Positions 44,543 through 55,293 of a DNA stretch of 64,000 nucleotides are shown here, piece after piece; positions within the stretch are counted from its first letter, which is position 1; every line of letters begins with the position of its first letter. The stretch lies in assembly GCA_963844215.1 (NCBI GenBank), contig CAWJNH010000001.1, positions 76,167 to 140,166 of the forward strand. Direction: 5' to 3'. This DNA comes from an uncultured Actinomycetota bacterium (GTDB lineage: Bacteria > Actinomycetota > Actinomycetes > Mycobacteriales > Micromonosporaceae). Both the position numbers and the translations under genes were made by a program. The notes beneath the pieces were generated by a model that did not search any database, was not told the origin of the DNA, and saw nothing but the letters and a program-made list of their open reading frames with translations.

Positions 44543-45103
44543 ATGCCCCGAAGTGGTGCCGAAGCGCGTGACCGGTTGGAGCGAGCCGCGCTCGAGCTTT
44601 ACCGCGAGCGGGGGTACGACCAGACCACCGCCGCTGACATCGCCGCCCGCGCGGGTCTCACAGCGCGCACCTTCTTTCGGCATTTCGCTGACAAGCGCGA
44701 GGTTCTGTTCAACACCGAGACCGGTTTGCGGGAGGAGATGGCGCAGGCTCTCGCCGCCGTGCCCGAGGGCGAACGGCCGCTGGCGGCAGTGCTTCAGGCT
44801 TTCCGCTCCATGGCCCCGGGGCTGGAGGAGAGCCGGCCGCTCGCCGAGGCTCGGCACCGCGTCATCGCCCAAACCCCAGCGCTGCAGGAACGGGAGTTGG
44901 CGAAGGCCGCAGCCATGAGCGTCATCGTCGCTGAGGCTCTTCGTGAGCGCGGCGTCCCTGACTGGCGGGCCACGCTGCTGGCTCACATCAGCGTCGCAGC
45001 ATTAGGGCACGTCATTCACACCTGGACGGCCGATCCATCGAGTGATTTCGAGGCTCTCATCAGCCGGGCATTCGAGGAGATGCGCAACTTCTCCGAACCC
45101 TGA
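44543..45103 (+). CDS. TetR-family regulator
   Basis: IAARAGLTARTFFRHFADKREV. Confidence 0.9.
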   Translation: MPRSGAEARDRLERAALELYRERGYDQTTAADIAARAGLTARTFFRHFADKREVLFNTETGLREEMAQALAAVPEGERPLAAVLQAFRSMAPGLEESRPLAEARHRVIAQTPALQERELAKAAAMSVIVAEALRERGVPDWRATLLAHISVAALGHVIHTWTADPSSDFEALISRAFEEMRNFSEP

Positions 45104-45124
45104 GGCATCCGCGTCTGAGGCCGA

Positions 45125-45240
45125 TGAACGTGCCACGAACGTTGGTCCGCTGAATGCGGTCGAACGTGTCGAGCGGCATGATGCCCGCCGTGCGCACCAC
45201 GATGTCGATGCCACCGAACTGCTGGGTGGCGTTGATCTGA
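45125..45240 (-). pseudogene. Internal SDR fragment
   Basis: QFGGIDIVVRTAGIMP..FDRIQRTNVRGTF. Confidence 0.55.
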
Positions 45241-45491
45241 AGCGACTCGTACGGGTCGTGACCGCAGCCGCAGTCACGCCACGTACGGAAGTAGGTGTGG
45301 CCGAGGGCAGTCAGGCCACACCTACTCACGAACTGTCACGCGGGTCCTCGGCCGGTCCGGAGCGGGGAACATCAGACTCCGCGGTGCTGGGGGAAGCGGC
45401 TGGAGCGAGTCGCCGGGACTCGATGGCGTATCGCCCAGAGGCACCGGCTGCTTGGTGCCTCTGGGCGATGCGTCGTCGGTCCGCCTGCTTC

Positions 45492-48278
45492 TTAGGTGCG
45501 GTTCCAGACCTGGTTGCCTCCGCCGGTGCAGGGCCAGATCTCCAAGGGCGTGGTGTTTGCGGTGCCTTGGTTGGTGGCGTCCAGGCATTTGCCCGAGGGG
45601 ACGCTGATGACCGTGCCGTCGGCACGCACCAGCCATCGCTGGTTGGCGGCGCCGGTGCAGTCGTCGATCTCCACCGATGTCCCGTCGGCCGTGGCCCCGC
45701 CGGTCGTCTGCAGGCACTTGGTGTCGAAGATGGACAACTCGTTGTTGGCGGTGGACGTCCATGTCTGGTTGGTGCCGCCGCTGCAGTCCCACAGTGCCGG
45801 TCGGGTGCCGTTGGACTGGTTACCGCCGGGTACGTCTACGCATCGCCCGGACTGCTGGCCTTTCAGCAATGCCGTGATCGGTCCGCGGTCCCATTGCTGG
45901 TTGGTACCGCCGTTACAGTCCCACAGCTCCAGGCCGGTGCCGTTCGTGGTGCCGCGCGAGGTGGCATCGAGGCAACGGCCGGACCCGACGTTCACCACGC
46001 TGCCGTTCGCGCTCACCGTCCATTGCTGCGCGGCGGTGCTGTTGCAGTCGTTGATCTGGACCGCGGTGCCGTTGGTGGTGCCGTTGCCTCGCGGCTCGAG
46101 GCACTTGGTGCCGTATACCTGCAGCCGTTTCTGCGCGGTGAGCGTCCAACTCTGGTTGATGCCGCCGGTACAGTCCCACAGAGCGACCTGGGTGCCGTTG
46201 GTCTGGGTTACGCCGGGCACGTCGACACAGCGGCCGGACTGACGGCCCTTGAGGATTCCCGCGAGGTTGCCGGCCGGGTTCGCCGTGACGGACAGATTGT
46301 CGAACATGTCGGTCTGGTAACCCACGACACCGATGCCGGCTTGGCCGGTGGTGTACGAGGTGTCGGTGGCGGTGCCGAGCACGGAGCCGTCGGCGGAGGC
46401 GGTGATCAGGTTGCCGGAGAACCCGAGGCTGAGCTTGTGCCAGCTGTTCAGGCCGAGGGCGCCGCGGGTGCCGGAAGCCAGCGTGCTGAGGTTGCCCGCC
46501 GTGGTGTTCTTGGCGATCGACCAGGAGCCGGTGTTCGCGATCCGCAGTTCGTAGGTGGCTTGGTGGCTCTGCGGCCGCTGCTGGGTGTTGGCGCGCCCGA
46601 GAACCGTGACAGTGCCGCTTTGTTGCATGTCCACATCGACGCTGACCGTGTAGTCGCTCCAGGTGGTGTCGCCGACCAGGCCGTACGCGTCGGAGTCGTC
46701 CTGCCATTCGATCGGTTTGACCGGCGCGACCTGCTGGAGGCACTGGCCGGCGTGTCCGGCCGTGCACGGGCGGATCTCGTACGCGCCCTGCATGTCGGAG
46801 AAGTAGCGAGCCTCGGTGCCGGTCGCGTCCCCGTCGAAGTTGTCGGCGTACGGCAGCGGCAACGCGGCCGGTGCCGGACTGGTCGCGGTGCCTTTACCCT
46901 GCCCGGTGGTCGTGGTCACGGTGTAGATGTAGCCGGGCTGCACCGTCAGCGAGTAGGACCCGTTCGACGGTGTGATGTCCTGCGAATGCACCATCGAGGT
47001 CGTCCGGCTCGGGGCATTGACCGCTGTCGACCAGACGTGCACGGTTCCGGTGGAAAGCCCGTTCCGCACCGACATGTTGACGGTCTGTGCCGAACCGGCG
47101 GTCGTGGTCTCGATGACGGTCGAGTAGTCGTTGCCGGTGTTGGACTTGATCGTCACGTAGCTGCCGTTGGACTCGGCGCCGCCGAGGTAACCCGAACCGG
47201 TGTCGACGAACTTCCACCCCGGCTGAGCGAACTGGGTCACTTGAGCCGTCGCCCAGGTGCTCTCCCCGATGCTGTAATTGCCGGACCAGGGTTGTGCAGC
47301 GGTGGACATGCCGTCGGTGTCGTACGGCAGATTCGGATAGATCGCCGCCAGCAACGGCCAGTTCAGGTACGCCGTCATCTTCGCGTCGACGTAACCGCGC
47401 ACGATCGACCGGATCAGTGCCGGAGCCCCGGTATTCATGTCCTGAGAGCCGTTCTCGCTGGCCCACAGCGGCTTGCCGTTGTTCTTCGCGGTGGTGGTGC
47501 TCGAACACGTGTCGGCGCTTCCGCCGTCGCCACCCTCACACGGGTAGTGGGCACCGATGACCTGTACCGCATTGTTGAACGCGGAGTTGCTGGCCATGTC
47601 GTCGGCGACTCCCCAGCCGCTGTCGTCACCGACGATCTGCACGGCGCCGTAGCCCGCCGAGTTCAGCGCCGACCGCAACTGGATGTACCAGTTGATGTCA
47701 TGACCACGCTCGTTCCAGCCACCCAGATAGCTGATCGTCAGCCCGTGCTGCTTGGCGCAACCGAGCCAGGAGATCAAGTAATTGATCGTGTCGGTCGACC
47801 AGAACCCGCCGCTGATCCAGCCCGGCGCGGCCCACGCCAGACCGTACAGCTTGATGTTCGGGTTCCGGGCTTTGGCCTGCTCCATCAGCCAGAACTCGTA
47901 GCCCGCATTGCAGTTGATCACTCCGCGGGTGTGCTCGATCGATGGCTCGGCGCCGTCGGTGGAGTTCGCGTCGCCACCGATCTCCGCCTTGAGGATCTGC
48001 AGGTTTGCGCCGTAACCAGGCTTGAACAGGTAGTCCAGGATCTGGGTCTGCTGTGCGGCGGGATAGTCGGTGAGCAGCCGTGAGTTGCCGCCACCGCCAC
48101 TGATCGCGCCGATACCGTCGTACGTTCGGCCGCCGCTGCTGCCGTCCACGTTGATGGTGGTATTGGTAGCGGCGCTCGCGGTTTGTGCGGTGACCGCGTA
48201 GAACGCGCTACCGGTCAGAGTCAAGGCCGCCAAAATGGCGAGATTCCGAAGGCCATGCCTTCGCCGAATGAGATGCAC
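45492..48278 (-). CDS. Secreted GH59 enzyme with two ricin-B lectins
   Basis: Paralogue of 39670-42114; GTG start after a GAAAGGGG RBS. Confidence 0.88.
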   Translation of the reverse strand: MHLIRRRHGLRNLAILAALTLTGSAFYAVTAQTASAATNTTINVDGSSGGRTYDGIGAISGGGGNSRLLTDYPAAQQTQILDYLFKPGYGANLQILKAEIGGDANSTDGAEPSIEHTRGVINCNAGYEFWLMEQAKARNPNIKLYGLAWAAPGWISGGFWSTDTINYLISWLGCAKQHGLTISYLGGWNERGHDINWYIQLRSALNSAGYGAVQIVGDDSGWGVADDMASNSAFNNAVQVIGAHYPCEGGDGGSADTCSSTTTAKNNGKPLWASENGSQDMNTGAPALIRSIVRGYVDAKMTAYLNWPLLAAIYPNLPYDTDGMSTAAQPWSGNYSIGESTWATAQVTQFAQPGWKFVDTGSGYLGGAESNGSYVTIKSNTGNDYSTVIETTTAGSAQTVNMSVRNGLSTGTVHVWSTAVNAPSRTTSMVHSQDITPSNGSYSLTVQPGYIYTVTTTTGQGKGTATSPAPAALPLPYADNFDGDATGTEARYFSDMQGAYEIRPCTAGHAGQCLQQVAPVKPIEWQDDSDAYGLVGDTTWSDYTVSVDVDMQQSGTVTVLGRANTQQRPQSHQATYELRIANTGSWSIAKNTTAGNLSTLASGTRGALGLNSWHKLSLGFSGNLITASADGSVLGTATDTSYTTGQAGIGVVGYQTDMFDNLSVTANPAGNLAGILKGRQSGRCVDVPGVTQTNGTQVALWDCTGGINQSWTLTAQKRLQVYGTKCLEPRGNGTTNGTAVQINDCNSTAAQQWTVSANGSVVNVGSGRCLDATSRGTTNGTGLELWDCNGGTNQQWDRGPITALLKGQQSGRCVDVPGGNQSNGTRPALWDCSGGTNQTWTSTANNELSIFDTKCLQTTGGATADGTSVEIDDCTGAANQRWLVRADGTVISVPSGKCLDATNQGTANTTPLEIWPCTGGGNQVWNRT

Positions 48279-49547
48279 GGGGACGTCCCCTTTCATCAGG
48301 ATCACGGGATCCGACGGATTGGTGCTAAGCTTTTGCCGCAGACAGCTTTGGTAAAAAGCTGGTGCGCCTTTTGAATGATCCGGGGGTGGGGACGTCCATA
48401 CGGCGAACGGCGAAATTGCGTATCGCCCGATGATTGTTCTGGAGCCACTGCCTCCGAGCCGGGTATCGACTTCGGTGCCGCGGCACGGCCCGGCGGATGT
48501 GGATGGATCCGCCGTGACCGACGAGTTCCTGGAGGGGTTCGGTCGACCGTGAAGTCGGACCGGCTCCGGACGACGGCCGGCGAAAGTTCCAGGATCACCT
48601 GCTCCGCGCCGCCACTGACGGCTCATCGCTCGGCCGGTGACGAGACTGCGCCTCATGGGCGCGTCGCGGTCGGCCTTCTGAGCCGGCACGGAGGCGGGGA
48701 CACAAACCGAACCAGTCGACCTTCATACCCCGGCACCGAGGTTGGTCAATCCGGGGATCGGTCAGCAGGTGGCCGTCAGCAGCCAGGGTGGGAACGGTAT
48801 GGTTGCGGCATTTGGGGTGGGCCTTCTGCGCATGGGAATTCTCCTTCGACGCGGGCAACGTTGAGGAGCAGCAGTCGTCCACATCCGAACGGAGCCGGCC
48901 TGAAGGGGCGTCAGACCCTCAGAGCTCCGGCCGAACATCAGGCGAACATAGATGGACATGGGTCATCAAAGATGAACGCCAGCTCGTTGTCAACCAGAAG
49001 ATTGCATCAATATGAGCTTCGTGATCGACCGGAAACCTTGACACCTTCCAGCGCTTCTTGCCCCAAGACCCGTGGTCCTAGATGAGCGGCACGTTCACAG
49101 ACCTCAATTGATCAGGCACTTTGCACCGCTGCTCCGCTCGTCAGGTCGATCGATAGCTGCCCGACGGATCTCCGATACAACCGGCCCATGCCGGTCGGGC
49201 GAGAGCAGCAAGCATGCCCGAAAGACGTTTAACCCACTTGTGAACAGGCACAAACGCGCACGTCGGCGCATGACGGCGGGTGTGCGGTCACCATCCGGCA
49301 CCGGCGCGTCGCATCCGTTCGAGGAACGTTGACGTTCTGTTGACGTCCAACTTTGATGACCGTTGTAGAAGTTTGTTCGACTGACGCATCCGTTGTGCCC
49401 CCGCGGCCACGCATGTGCCGCTGTGGACGCGGTTCGCGACATCGGTCGACGCCGCCACCACGCCCGGCGAGCCTCTCCGGCCAAGCGGCCTGCCGTTGAC
49501 ACGCCCCGTCACGATCGCCTCCCAGGGCGAATCTCTCGGCGCCGGCA

Positions 49548-50036
49548 CTACCTCCGGATGGTTAGCGCGACGATCGTCAATACTGCCCACACCAAGGCGA
49601 ACAGTCCGGGGGCCGCCCGGAAGAACAGCATGCTGCGCCACTGATCGGGATCCGCGCGGCGATCACGGCGGACGTCCGCGGATGGCTCCCACAGCGTCGC
49701 CATGAGCTTTGGATTTCGTTCCAGCAGCTCGGTCTGACGCGCAGTCCAGCCAAGTATGATCTTGACGGTGGCCGCGACGCCGGGCCAGGCAAGCACGGCG
49801 AGCACAAAGCCCAACAGCGACAGAATGGGCGACACCACGGCGGCGAACGTCGCCCCCCAAGGGGTGCCGTTGCTCATGGCGGCAGTGAAGGCGATCGTCA
49901 AGAACGCCTCGGCAGCGACCAGTGCGTTCACTCGGGCATGCAACAGCCCGATCTCAAAACGCGTTGTCTCACGGATGAAGGCGAGCCGCTCCGGTGCCGT
50001 GAGCGGCTCCCCGGCTTCGTTGTCCACCACGCGCAC
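49548..50036 (-). CDS. Hypothetical membrane protein
   Basis: About 3 hydrophobic helices. Confidence 0.6.
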   Translation of the reverse strand: MRVVDNEAGEPLTAPERLAFIRETTRFEIGLLHARVNALVAAEAFLTIAFTAAMSNGTPWGATFAAVVSPILSLLGFVLAVLAWPGVAATVKIILGWTARQTELLERNPKLMATLWEPSADVRRDRRADPDQWRSMLFFRAAPGLFALVWAVLTIVALTIRR

Positions 50037-50101
50037 GACTCCCTTCGGGGCGGGGGCACACCGCCCTCGTCGCAGCTGTTCCGCCTTACGGTGAGGGCTC
50101 C

Positions 50102-50725
50102 TCAGGCCAGTTCGCCCAGTGCCCCTCGAACGAGGTTTCGTGCCGTCTCGGTCAAACTCCCAACCGCTGCCTCCGGTGGCAGCTTATTGAGATCAAGAAG
50201 ACTGAACAGCGCTTCGGCGCTGATGACCACGGACAGATCGTTCCGCAACTGCCGCAGCCGATCACATTCCTTGTCCGCGAGGGGTGCCAGCGCCGCCTCG
50301 ATCAGTCCCAGCCGGTGACCTGGGCGGGTTCCGACGAGGTCGGACCGCGCGATCGTCAGAGCGATCATGGTCCTGACCCCACCTTGAATCTGCAGCACGT
50401 TGCGGGCGAAGAAGTCGGCGGCGATTGCCACCCGTTCGACCGGGTCGGCACACACCTCAACACCAGGGAGGACTTCGTCGGCGCGAGGCCAGACACCGAC
50501 GAAACCGACTTGCAGAATGGACAGAAGGTCCGGGAAGTAGCGGTAGGCCGTCGCCTCGGACAGGCCGGCAGCGCGTGCGATGGCGGGCATGGTGATGACA
50601 CTGCCCGAGCGGATCAGGGACCGGGCAGTCTCGATCAGGACCGCACGGGTGTGCTCGCGCTGAGCTTCGCGCTGTGAGCGGCCGGGCTTGCGGTCGTCAG
50701 CCACCGGCAGGGGTCGACCAGACAC
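50102..50725 (-). CDS. TetR-family regulator
   Basis: IARAAGLSEATAYRYFPD. Confidence 0.85.
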   Translation of the reverse strand: MSGRPLPVADDRKPGRSQREAQREHTRAVLIETARSLIRSGSVITMPAIARAAGLSEATAYRYFPDLLSILQVGFVGVWPRADEVLPGVEVCADPVERVAIAADFFARNVLQIQGGVRTMIALTIARSDLVGTRPGHRLGLIEAALAPLADKECDRLRQLRNDLSVVISAEALFSLLDLNKLPPEAAVGSLTETARNLVRGALGELA

Positions 50726-50810
50726 CTGTAGAAGTGTACGGTATCGGCAAGTGATAGCGCACTCTTACGAGTAAAAGCGCGCTCTCGTCAGACTGAGACT
50801 CGAACGGAGT

Positions 50811-51377
50811 GTGGTTGTCATGAGGGAAAACGACGGGGAACGCGGCTTGTCGGATTTGGTCACCAGCGCCACGTCCGCGCAGGGGTATTGGCAGATGGGC
50901 ATCCTTTGGACACCACTGGTCGCCACCGATCAGACCCACGGACAATATTCGCTGATGGAGCAGCTCATGCCGGTTTCGGCGGGGCCGCCGCCGCACGTGC
51001 ACGACCACGGCGACGAGGTCTTCTACGTCCTCGACGGGGAGATGGCCATGCAGCTCGGTGACCAGGTCGTGATCGGCAGTAAAGGACAACTGGTCCGCAT
51101 ACCGGCGGGGACGACGCACGCCTTTGTCGTGACCAGTGAGACCGCCCGGGTGCTGAACTTCTACGTGCCCGCCGGGCTTGACTTGCAGATCGCCATGCTC
51201 GGAACACCGGCTACGAGCGCGATACTGCCCCCTGAGGGCGCCGAGCGGCCGCCGACGAAGGAGCAGCAAGAAGCCTTCGCGAGCCGGCTGCACGACCTGG
51301 CAACGCAGACCATGGCCTCCGTACCGGACCTGCTTTCGCAGTACCGACCGGCCCACAGCAGTGGCCCGATGCCGTAG
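50811..51377 (+). CDS. Cupin-domain protein
   Basis: PPPHVH..DEVFYVLDG..IPAGTTHAF. Confidence 0.85.
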   Translation: MVVMRENDGERGLSDLVTSATSAQGYWQMGILWTPLVATDQTHGQYSLMEQLMPVSAGPPPHVHDHGDEVFYVLDGEMAMQLGDQVVIGSKGQLVRIPAGTTHAFVVTSETARVLNFYVPAGLDLQIAMLGTPATSAILPPEGAERPPTKEQQEAFASRLHDLATQTMASVPDLLSQYRPAHSSGPMP

Positions 51378-51544
51378 GTCCGGCTTCGCGATGGCGTTAA
51401 CGGGCTACGGCCTCCGGGTGAGTGATGTCCCGCCGAGGGACCCCGCTGAAGTACATCGGGTAGCAGATTCATACGACCGGCTGTTGCTCGATGTCCGTGC
51501 GGGTGGAGGCAGAGGTGGGTTCTTCGGCACGGACGGCTCGCCCG

Positions 51545-51774
51545 ATGCGGGCGGACGCCCAGCGGAATCCACAGGCGCTGCTCTCGTGGCGGCGGCGGAG
51601 ATGTTCCGGACACGGGGTCCGGAGGTGTCGATACTGGAGATCGTCGAGGTCGGCGTCGGTACGCTCTACCGACATTTCTCGCAGCGTGAATCGCTGGTGA
51701 TGGCCGTCGACCACGAAAGCCTCAGGGCCGTGTGCGACGAGGCCATCCAACTGCTTGCCAACCGCGGTACATGA
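51545..51774 (+). pseudogene. Frameshifted TetR relic
   Basis: RADAQRN, frame change, then VGVGTLYRHF..RE.L; premature stop. Confidence 0.6.
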
Positions 51775-51844
51775 TGCGGGCGGTCGAAGCCTGGTTACCG
51801 CGGCTGAACACTGATACATCGCTCTTTATCAATACCAGCGGCAG

Positions 51845-52269
51845 ACGTCGACACCGACATGGAGGAGACGCTGTCCGCGCTTACCGACCGCGTCCGGACC
51901 GGGAAGGTCCGGGCCATCGGTACCTCGAAGCAGCCGGCCGTCGACATCGTGGAGGCGCAGTGGCTCGCCGGGCGGCGCGGCTTCGAGCGGGTCCGGTGCG
52001 AGCAGCCGTCGTACTCGATCCTCAACCGTGGTATCGAGCGTGACGTGCTCCCGACGACCGAGAAGTACGGCATGGGCGCCATCATCTTCAGCCCCCTCGC
52101 CCAGGGCATGCTCACCGGCCGGGTGCGCAACGGGCAACAGTCGGGGTTGAACCGCGGTGGTCCGGCCTTTGAGCACTTCAACGACCAGCGCCGAGCCAGC
52201 CCTGACGACACCGTCGCTGCGGCGCCGGCCGGTCGCCGCACGCTCTGCCCCGGGAACCCCCGACGTTGA
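51845..52269 (+). pseudogene. Aldo/keto reductase internal fragment
   Basis: EETLSALTD..GKVRAIGTS..EQPSYSIL.R.IE..SPLAQGML; both ends missing. Confidence 0.7.
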
Positions 52270-52383
52270 CGCACTGACCGAATCCACGCCGTCGATGCGG
52301 CGGGCGGTATGGGCTGCCGGCCGCTTCCACGGCAGCTGGAATCACGCGGAACGTGCTCACGCTCACGGGCAACCTGCGAGCAG

Positions 52384-52419
52384 CGGTGGCCGGGCCCGAT
52401 TGGTCGGGCCCGGCCACCG
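52384..52419. terminator. Perfect 16-bp hairpin
   Basis: CGGTGGCCGGGCCCGA-TTGG-TCGGGCCCGGCCACCG. Confidence 0.75.
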
Positions 52420-52464
52420 ATGATGCCGGTCAGATGGTGCGCTCGTTGTTCCTACAGATAGTTC

Positions 52465-54676
52465 CTACGGATAGTTGACCAGGTAGACGTTGTTGTTGCT
52501 GGAGTTCGCCGGCCCGCCGGTGCTGTTGATGATGTTCGAAATGGTGCCGACGCCACCCAGGGAGACCACCGCCATGTCGTGGAACTTCACTCCCGGGACC
52601 GCCGGAACTTCGAACGAGCGTTGCGAGACCACGGACGGGTTGACGTTGAAGTAGCAGTAGCTTCCGAGTCCCCAAGCTTCGAACGTCGAGACGCCGGAGG
52701 CGACCTTGATCGCTGGATAGCCGTTCTGTGAACCGTTCATCCAAGCGGCCTGGTTCGGCGGGTCGTACGGCATCTCGTTCTGGAAGAAGATGATTTTGCC
52801 GTTGGCGCCGTTCCAGACGACTTCGTTCTTCTGGTAATGCTCGACGAACAGGCCGGTCGCGAGCACGTTGTCACCGTTGACGGTCAAGCCGTTGTCCGCG
52901 GTGTTCACCGTCCAGCCGATTCCGGCGCCATGGTCGGCCCGCCAGGCCCAGGTGTGGTCGACGATGGCGTTGTTGCTGTTGATGACCAGGCTGTTGGTGG
53001 CCTTGCCGGCCACCGCGCCGCCGATCCGGAAGAAGACGTCCTGCACCGTGGTCGGATTCGCCGCGTGTGAGACGCCCGACTTGGCCAGGCCCACCTTCAG
53101 CAGAGTGTCGCTGTTGGTGGTTCCGGCGTCGAAGAGCAGACCCTTGAGCCGTACGCCGTCCACGTCGGCAACGTCCATCGCGTTGACCCCGTTGTCCGGG
53201 ACGATGGTCGGGTAGCCGATGCCCAGCACGACCGTGTTGGCCTTGGTCACGTGCAGGGTCTGGTTGACGTGGTAGATGCCCGGGGTGAAGAAGATGTTGC
53301 ACCCGTTGGCGAGGGCCGCGTTGATCGTTGCCGCCGAGTCGGCCGGCTTCGCGACGTAGAAGTTGCTCATCGGCAGCGAGGTCCCGGGGGTGCTACCGCC
53401 GGCCCAGCTCGGCCCGCTGGCGTTGGTCCGCAGGGACGGCAGGAAGACCCGGTACTTGCCCGACGAGTCGATGTAGAGGTAGGGCACGTCCCGCGACACC
53501 GGGGTGGTGGCGAGGGTCGTGTAGCGGGGTCCGGCCGCGGCCGTGTTGAAGTTGGTCGCCGGGGCGCCGTTGGTGCCCGAGAAGACCATGTTCCAGTTGG
53601 AGCCGCTCCACGAGCCCAGCGTGCTGTCCTTGGTGTACCACTGCTGCTGGGAGGCAGACTCGGTGTTCCCGTCGACCTTGGTGTCGGAGATGTAGCCGCC
53701 ACTGGCCCAGCCATAGCTGGCCGGGTAGAGGTTGAGTCCGCCGATGACGTGGATCCGGCGGAACGGCGCAGCCTGCGCGACGGCCCAGCGGTCGGCGCCG
53801 CCGAGCGTGTTGATCGACAGGTTCTCAGCCGACCGCCAGAAGTTCTGCGTCGCGTTGCCGGCGTCGCTGGGGTTGAACGCGTCCACCGTCACCGCGCCGT
53901 TGATGCGCACGTCGTCCGGGTTCTGACCGGCTCCGAGGATCGAGGTGTTGAAGCCGATGTTCGCGCCGACGGTGTACGGCGTGGTGCTCGGCTTGAAGAT
54001 CTCCGCGTCGCGACGGGTGCCGAACTGCGCCGAGTTGGTGTCCTTCTGCGCGTTGAAGATGCTGTCCAGCGAGGACTGGATGGCGGCGTCCGACATCGAG
54101 TGGTCGTAGATGTGCACGTTCGGGCCGAAGTCCGGGGTGTCCGAGTAGGTCGGGCAGGTACCCGTCGTCGTAGTCCCGGTCGAGACCGAGAATGCCTGGT
54201 CGCCGCTGCCGTTGCAGTCCCAGATCTGCAGGCGGGTCCCGTTCGCCGTGGCTGCAGCCGGGTGCGTCCATGCAGCGGCCGGACTGCGGGTTCACCAGCG
54301 TGCCGTTGGCCTGCTGGACCCACTGCTGGTTGCCGGCGCCGTTGCAGTCCCAGAGCTCGAGCAGGGTGCCGTTGGTGGTGAGGTTACCCGTGACGTCCAG
54401 GCAACGACCCAGAGTGGTCAGCGCGGTGCCGCTCCAGGTCCAGTGCTGGTCGGCGCTACCGGCCTGGCAATCCCAGAGCTGGACCGCCGCGCCGTTGCCG
54501 CCGGTGTCGTCGCCGCTCACGTCGACGCACTTGCCGGCCGGCCCGATGATGTTATTGCCGGTGATGGTGGCGGCCGAGGCGAACTCGTTGGCACCGACGA
54601 TGGTGAGTGCGGCGACCACACTCATCACCAGTGCCGCGAGCAACCCGCGGCGGCGCCAAGGGCGGGAAACTTTCAT
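52465..54676 (-). CDS. Secreted ricin-B lectin plus GH55-like beta-1,3-glucanase; frameshift near 54250
   Basis: PDFGPNV, NATQNFWRSAEN, SQQQW, WAWRADH, GLFVEHYQK, FQNEMPYD; ricin domain broken by a frame switch. Confidence 0.8.
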
Positions 54677-54812
54677 GGGCTCTTCACTCTCTGGTAGGTG
54701 CCCGGCGTTGTGCAGAGGGACGGACAGTGGGGACGTCTTCGGCCGGTGGGGCGGCGAAGGTGGGCAGGTCGGTGCGTAGGAGGGGCAGGGCGGCGATCTC
54801 GTGCGCACTAAG

Positions 54813-54824
54813 GAGAGCGCTCTC
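54813..54824. promoter_or_regulatory. LacI/CebR-type operator
   Basis: Palindrome GAGAGCGCTCTC upstream of the glucanase. Confidence 0.65.
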
Positions 54825-55293
54825 AGAAAAGTTTCACAAGTGTTACGTCGACAGAGGTGCAAGTCAATGCCTGGACGACCCCTAAATTGCGTCTTCTGCG
54901 ACCGGCGCTCGTGGTGGCGCAGATGACAACGATTTCCCTTCATTGCGTACGAAGGCGGTGACTGTGCGGGATGGTGATCGGGTCCCGACGAAGGTGCGCG
55001 GAGGTGACGCTGCGTAGCGCGTCGGCAGTGGCTTCGGCGCAGCCATCCGGGCCTCGACCGCCGGTGCTTTCCCACGGTGACTTCCCCGTACACTGTCCGC
55101 CACGGCGGTAGATCCGGGCAGTTTCGCCACGGACCGCTTCACCGCATCGGATGCAAGATCCCGTTCACGATCTCGCGCCGCGAGCGCTGCTCCGGACGGC
55201 CATCTCGGCTCAGTTGCGGTAGAAGATCCTTCCGCGTCCCAGGCACGGAATCGCTCCACCGTCCGGCCTGACCCGGCGACCGCGGTCACTCCG

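Noticed and set aside
45042-48083. 1013-aa plus-strand ORF and similar long antisense ORFs (e.g. 18663-21008, 7158-8714)
   Set aside because: Shadow frames of real genes, expected in high-GC DNA
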